28,410 nucleotides of DNA. Origin: Candidatus Komeilibacteria bacterium (GTDB lineage Bacteria > Patescibacteriota > Patescibacteriia > UBA1558 > 2-01-FULL-52-15). How positions within the stretch are numbered: the stretch's first letter is position 1; each line of letters opens with the position of its first letter. The translations under genes and the position numbers were made by a program. Below the pieces are notes generated by a model. It did no database searches. It saw only the letters and a program-made list of their open reading frames with translations, and was not told where the DNA came from. Positions 24,479 through 28,410 of this stretch are shown piece by piece. Where the stretch lies: positions 1-28,410 of the forward strand of contig JACQKJ010000066.1 of NCBI GenBank assembly GCA_016204595.1, given 5' to 3'.

Positions 24479-24507
24479 ATATTACTAGCTCTCAACACAC
24501 TTGTCAA
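24479..24507 (-). promoter_or_regulatory. sigma70 promoter of rpoBC
   Basis: TTGACA-17 nt-TAATAT. Confidence 0.7.
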
Positions 24508-24637
24508 TAGCTGGGCACAGACGCGGGTAAATCGTGTTATTGTAAGAGCAAAATTTGCTATGATTAGCTGAAAATTTGATATACGTTTTGTTACATATCT
24601 GTCAAATAAGTCTAGCATTAGCTAAAAAGTATCCAGT

Positions 24638-24646
24638 TTATCCACA
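24638..24646 (+). promoter_or_regulatory. consensus DnaA box TTATCCACA
   Basis: Exact 9-mer match next to an AT-rich intergenic tract. Confidence 0.5.
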
Positions 24647-24664
24647 GGGCCACTCCTAAAAGAA

Positions 24665-25408
24665 TTAACGGTCTGCGGTAAATTCTACAAAAAGATGAGT
24701 GCCGTCCGCTGCTAGAACAGGCTTGTCAGGCTCATTAAAGATGCCATCACCCGAGTCTGTGATGAGTTCTGCTCGATAGATTGCCCCTTCCTGCAAACGG
24801 ACCGGAATGGCGATCGATACTATGTCATGGATCCCTGCCGGGAGCAGATTGGAGTTGGCGAGTGATGATTCGCCTGTTTTTGGATATATGACAATAAAGC
24901 TTGAGTCGGTCAGGATGACGCGATCAACTATAACCGCGGGTCCTGCTGGTTGTGTTTTGAGCATGACCCCATTGTCTCCTGACACTGCTGCATTGAAAGT
25001 GATAGGCGGACAGGCATATACGGTTACAAAATTGCCGTCAGTTGCGGCGACGCAATTTTCTTTTTGATCGGCATTGGGGCACGTGAAGATTTTTCCCTCA
25101 CGTTCATAACGGATCGGAGTGCTGCCTGCGGATCGCACGATGCGGAGAATATCTCCTGACCGGTCAATGCGCACGACCGATGCGGTGCAGTATGATTGAT
25201 AGTTCTGCACGGCCGCAAGATCACTGAGCGCTTGCGTTCTCTTCTCTTCTTCCTTCTGGAGTTGTGCCGCGCGCTCTTCCTGAAGCACGCGCTCCCGATC
25301 GCGGGCTGACGAGAACGCTAGGAGCAGACCGATGACCGCAAGTACTGCAAGTGCCCCGATGAGAAGGTAGATCGAAGTTGTTTTCTTTTTTTGGTGTATG
25401 AACCACAT
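24665..25408 (-). CDS. membrane-anchored hypothetical protein with DUF7282-like C-terminal domain
   Basis: N-terminal TM helix, coiled coil and Cys pairs. C-terminal QPAGPAVIVDRVIL..SFIVIY...S.LLPAG.H..VSI...AEL..DSGDG.F...DKPV resembles the DUF7282 beta-sandwich (from recall). Confidence 0.7.
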   Translation of the reverse strand: MWFIHQKKKTTSIYLLIGALAVLAVIGLLLAFSSARDRERVLQEERAAQLQKEEEKRTQALSDLAAVQNYQSYCTASVVRIDRSGDILRIVRSAGSTPIRYEREGKIFTCPNADQKENCVAATDGNFVTVYACPPITFNAAVSGDNGVMLKTQPAGPAVIVDRVILTDSSFIVIYPKTGESSLANSNLLPAGIHDIVSIAIPVRLQEGAIYRAELITDSGDGIFNEPDKPVLAADGTHLFVEFTADR

Positions 25409-25419
25409 AGTCTATTGGA

Positions 25420-26436
25420 TTAAATTCGTAGTGACCGCCGTACCGAACGGGCTTTTTCATAGAATCCATACCAGAGTGGATTGTATATGAAATCGAAGGC
25501 GCCGGGACTTTCAACGACGCGGCCGCTGAATCCTTGTTTGAAACGACTTACGTTCGCAAGAGACGGTTTTGATCCGTCGCTTGGCTCGTATCCCCAGAAG
25601 TCATAGTATCCCAGTTTGAGCTCGTATGCTTTTTGCATCGCGTTCCATTGGAGCAGATGCGGAGCCATGAGTTCGCGGTTGCTGTAGTCGAAACCGCCGT
25701 GCACATAGGTCATGGTCGGATACTGGACGATATACAGATTGGCAGCGATGGTTTTTCCCTGGTAGACCGCGTAATTCATATATACTGTGTCCTTTTTCTC
25801 ATCCGCTTTCAGAAGCAGCTTATAATATCGCGCGTCATGCGATCTGATCCGGTTCCTGCGTTTTGATTTGCCGAGCATGGAAAGAAAGTGTTTCAGATCC
25901 GCTTCCTCTTGTGACCACAGAACCGTCACGCCTTTTTTTTCTGCGAGGCGTATGTTATAGCGGGTTTTCTCCTTGAAGCTCGCGAAGAGCTCATCGACCG
26001 GGACATCAAGCGAACGGTAGATCGTCGCTTTGGGCTGTATCGCGACCGAGGGCTTCATGGGTATGTTCGTGAGTTCGGGAAGCGTGATGTTCGGTTCGAT
26101 CCGACAGAAGAGTTCCTCCCGCCTACGCGTCGCGACCGTAACATCGCGGATCTGGCTGAGGATAAGCTCCAGAGCCTCCTTACGCTCCTCGGGGTCCAGT
26201 GTCGGGAGAAAGATAGGCCCCTTCGGGGCATAGAGGTAACTTTTTCCGAAAGATAGTTTCGTGGTGTACAGCAGGCAGTGCGCGACCAGCCGCTGCCCGT
26301 CATAGACGTTGAGCTGCCAATTCTTTTTTTTCTGCAGGTTCAAAAAACGTTTCCAAAATCTGCTTTGCAAAAAAGAGCCCAGAGGGAACTGCTCCAGGAA
26401 CTGATCGTAGTTATGTGCGTTGAGCGAGACGTCCAT
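25420..26436 (-). CDS. femX: peptidoglycan bridge formation glycyltransferase FemA/FemB/FemX family
   Basis: GSFLQS.FW, YLYAPKGP, KTRYNIRLAEKKGV, APHLLQW.AM..A, YYDFWG and FKQGFSG motifs. The start overlaps the ruvA stop (TAATG). Confidence 0.9.
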   Translation of the reverse strand: MDVSLNAHNYDQFLEQFPLGSFLQSRFWKRFLNLQKKKNWQLNVYDGQRLVAHCLLYTTKLSFGKSYLYAPKGPIFLPTLDPEERKEALELILSQIRDVTVATRRREELFCRIEPNITLPELTNIPMKPSVAIQPKATIYRSLDVPVDELFASFKEKTRYNIRLAEKKGVTVLWSQEEADLKHFLSMLGKSKRRNRIRSHDARYYKLLLKADEKKDTVYMNYAVYQGKTIAANLYIVQYPTMTYVHGGFDYSNRELMAPHLLQWNAMQKAYELKLGYYDFWGYEPSDGSKPSLANVSRFKQGFSGRVVESPGAFDFIYNPLWYGFYEKARSVRRSLRI

Positions 26437-27026
26437 TATGCTGGTTTTCCGCCGCTAAGGATTTTTAACGCCTCCTTGATCTTGTCCGATAGTTCTTTTG
26501 TTTCCGGAGGTATCTGCCGGAGCGCTTTCCTGACCTCCCCTTCTTTATAGCCGAGCGATTGTAATGCCTCCATGAGCTGAATGTTCTCAGTGATGCTCAT
26601 GGTCGCTGTTTCTTCCTGCGCGCTGACGGTTATCTTTTCCTTCAATTCAACGATGATACGCTCCGCGGTCTTTTTGCCGATCGACGTCACTTTCTGCAGC
26701 AGGGCCGGGTCGCCGTGGATGATCGCTTTTTTGATGTCAGCGAGCGGGGCTACTGAGAGCACGCCAAGGGCGATGCGGGGGCCCACACCCGAAATGGTAA
26801 TGAGTTTCTCGAAGAAATCAAGCTCGTCAATGTTCGGGAATCCGTAGAGTTCGATCGTGTCTTCTTTGACGTTCGTATAGACGAAAAACGACACGTCCCC
26901 GGACGGATTGAGCTGTTCCAGCAGCTGCTGCGTCACATAGATCCGGTATCCGGTGTTCTCGCCCACAACAAGAATGATATATCTGTCCTTCTTTGCCAGA
27001 ACTGAACCGCGTAAAAAGTTGAGCAT
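26436..27026 (-). CDS. ruvA: Holliday junction branch migration protein RuvA
   Basis: VKEDTIELYGF, LITISGVGPRIAL, IGKKTAERIIVELKEK, EALQSLGY. Confidence 0.97.
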   Translation of the reverse strand: MLNFLRGSVLAKKDRYIILVVGENTGYRIYVTQQLLEQLNPSGDVSFFVYTNVKEDTIELYGFPNIDELDFFEKLITISGVGPRIALGVLSVAPLADIKKAIIHGDPALLQKVTSIGKKTAERIIVELKEKITVSAQEETATMSITENIQLMEALQSLGYKEGEVRKALRQIPPETKELSDKIKEALKILSGGKPA

Positions 27027-27087
27027 TGTAAGGCTATTTAAGCACTAGTTGGTTAAAAAATCAACAAAAAAAAGCCGTCCGATCTCG

Positions 27088-27116
27088 TTGACTATTGGGG
27101 CATGCAAGATTAGTAT
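27088..27116 (+). promoter_or_regulatory. sigma70 promoter upstream of uvrB region
   Basis: TTGACT-17 nt-TAGTAT. Predicted TSS ~27123, about 6 nt before the uORF ATG at 27129. Confidence 0.55.
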
Positions 27117-27128
27117 TACACAACTACT

Positions 27129-27227
27129 ATGCCGGCATCGCCATTTACTTTAGTTTCAAAATTTAAACCCACGGGAGACCCCGTACTATTCGCAGTGCCT
27201 CAAGTACGGGGCAGGCCAACCGTATGA
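27129..27227 (+). pseudogene. 32-aa uORF encoding a second, disrupted UvrB N-terminus (MPASPFTLVSKFKPTGD + element-derived tail)
   Basis: FTLVSKFKPTGD aligns with FQLISKFKPAGD of the downstream uvrB. It is interrupted right after the Asp codon by a palindrome and stops 4 nt before the uvrB ATG. Confidence 0.75.
27179..27216. repeat. REP-like palindrome inserted in the uvrB-like uORF
   Basis: CCCCGTACT-15 nt-AGTACGGGG-CAGGC (9-bp perfect stem). Confidence 0.7.
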
Positions 27228-27231
27228 ATAC

Positions 27232-28410
27232 ATGACACACGATACTTTTCAGCTCATTTCGAAATTTAAACCTGCTGGTGATCAAGGACAGGCGATCCGG
27301 AAATTGGCCTCGGGTATTTCGCAGGGTTTCGAAAAACAGACCTTGAAGGGCGTGACCGGGTCGGGTAAGACGTTCACCATCGCGAATGTGATCGCGCAAG
27401 CCGGAAGACCGACGCTTTTGATATCGCACAACAAAACACTAGCGGCGCAGCTTGCGTCCGAGCTGCAGGATTTTTTTCCGAAGAATGCGGTGCACTATTT
27501 CGTATCGTACTACGATTACTACCAGCCTGAAGCGTACATCCCTACGACCGACACGCATATCGACAAGGAAACGCAAATTAACGAAGAGATAGACCGGCTC
27601 CGGCACGCGGCAACGCAGGCTGTGCTTACGCGGCGCGATGTCATCGTGGTCGCTTCGGTATCGTGCATCTATGGCCTGGGTTCACCGGTCGAGTATGCCA
27701 AGGTGACCATCGATCTGGAGAAGGGAAAGGAATATTCGATGCAGCAGTTGCTCAAACGTTTGCATCACGTGCAGTATGAACGCAATGATGTGAGCTTGGT
27801 GCGCGGCACGTACAGCGTGAAAGGTGAAGTGATGGAGATATTCCCTTCAGGAGAACTGGACATCTTTTACCGGCTCGAGTTCGATCATGCCCACCTTCAT
27901 CGCATCAAACGCGTGCAGTATCTGACCCGCGACGTGCTCGACGCGGACGTGGAACGGCTATCGTTGTTCCCCGCGAAGCATTATGTCGCTCCAGAGGAGA
28001 ATATGCCGGATATCATCGAACAGATCCGCAAGGACCTTGCCGAGCGAATTACCGTATTCAAAAAGGAAAACAAGCTTATCGAGGCGCAGCGTATCGAGGA
28101 GCGCGTGAATTTCGATCTGGAGATGATCCAGACCATGGGGTACTGTAGTGGTATCGAGAACTATTCGCGGTATTTCGACCGCCGACATGAAGGCGAGCCG
28201 CCGGCAACCTTGCTCGAGTATTTTCCAAAAGATTTTCTGCTGGTGGTCGACGAATCGCACATGACCTTGCCGCAGATCCGGGGCATGTACCACGGTGATC
28301 GGTCACGCAAGGAAGTGCTGGTCGACTATGGCTGGCGGTTGCCGGCGGCCATTGATAACAGGCCTCTCAACTGGGACGAATTCCTGGCGCGCACCGGTGT
28401 TACGTTATAC
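27232..28410 (+). CDS. uvrB: excinuclease ABC subunit UvrB (partial, runs off window end)
   Basis: MTHDTFQLISKFKPAGDQGQAI, Walker A GVTGSGKTFT, HNKTLAAQL, FVSYYDYYQPEAY, VASVSCIYGLGSP, GIENYSR, DESH. Not in the ORF track because there is no stop within the window. Confidence 0.98.
   Translation, partial: MTHDTFQLISKFKPAGDQGQAIRKLASGISQGFEKQTLKGVTGSGKTFTIANVIAQAGRPTLLISHNKTLAAQLASELQDFFPKNAVHYFVSYYDYYQPEAYIPTTDTHIDKETQINEEIDRLRHAATQAVLTRRDVIVVASVSCIYGLGSPVEYAKVTIDLEKGKEYSMQQLLKRLHHVQYERNDVSLVRGTYSVKGEVMEIFPSGELDIFYRLEFDHAHLHRIKRVQYLTRDVLDADVERLSLFPAKHYVAPEENMPDIIEQIRKDLAERITVFKKENKLIEAQRIEERVNFDLEMIQTMGYCSGIENYSRYFDRRHEGEPPATLLEYFPKDFLLVVDESHMTLPQIRGMYHGDRSRKEVLVDYGWRLPAAIDNRPLNWDEFLARTGVTLY

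Noticed and set aside
27027-27128. LexA/SOS box between divergent ruvA and uvrB
   Set aside because: No convincing spaced palindrome matching known LexA boxes or shared with the ftsK-recA upstream region.
27163-27429. 88-aa minus-strand ORF over the uvrB start; also 27958-28293 and 28076-28306
   Set aside because: Antisense to uvrB, whose frame is open from 27232 to the window end.

Overview
Core-genome segment of a probable Patescibacteria (CPR, Parcubacteria-like) bacterium using genetic code 11. The assignment rests on near-absence of Shine-Dalgarno sites, very short leaders behind extended -10 promoters, compact RpoB/RpoC and Parcubacteria-style minor pilins. Left to right: 5' end of a tRNA (probably Ser, minus strand, cut by the window edge); a REP/dRS3-like double hairpin; a membrane-anchored S/T/P/G-rich protein; pilB/gspE and pilC/gspF (+); a convergent operon of three minor pilins (PilX-like, PilW-like and an 899-aa multidomain prepilin); O-antigen-ligase-family protein and Wzx flippase; ftsK-rodZ-recA; a two-gene opposite-strand cassette of unknown proteins with canonical SD sites; rpoC and rpoB; a DUF7282-like protein, femX/femAB and ruvA; and uvrB (partial, absent from the ORF track because it runs off the end). 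The most unusual signals are: (1) a synonymously diverged second copy of the UvrB N-terminus, broken by a palindromic element, lying directly upstream of the real uvrB start as a uORF; (2) the cassette between ftsK and rpoC, including a 102-aa very basic protein; (3) a ~290-aa domain inserted into a loop of a minor pilin; (4) a leaderless uORF plus terminator-like hairpin in the rpoBC leader; (5) a 14-unit heptamer array at the end of the pilus locus. No database searches could be run, so all family calls come from motif recognition.
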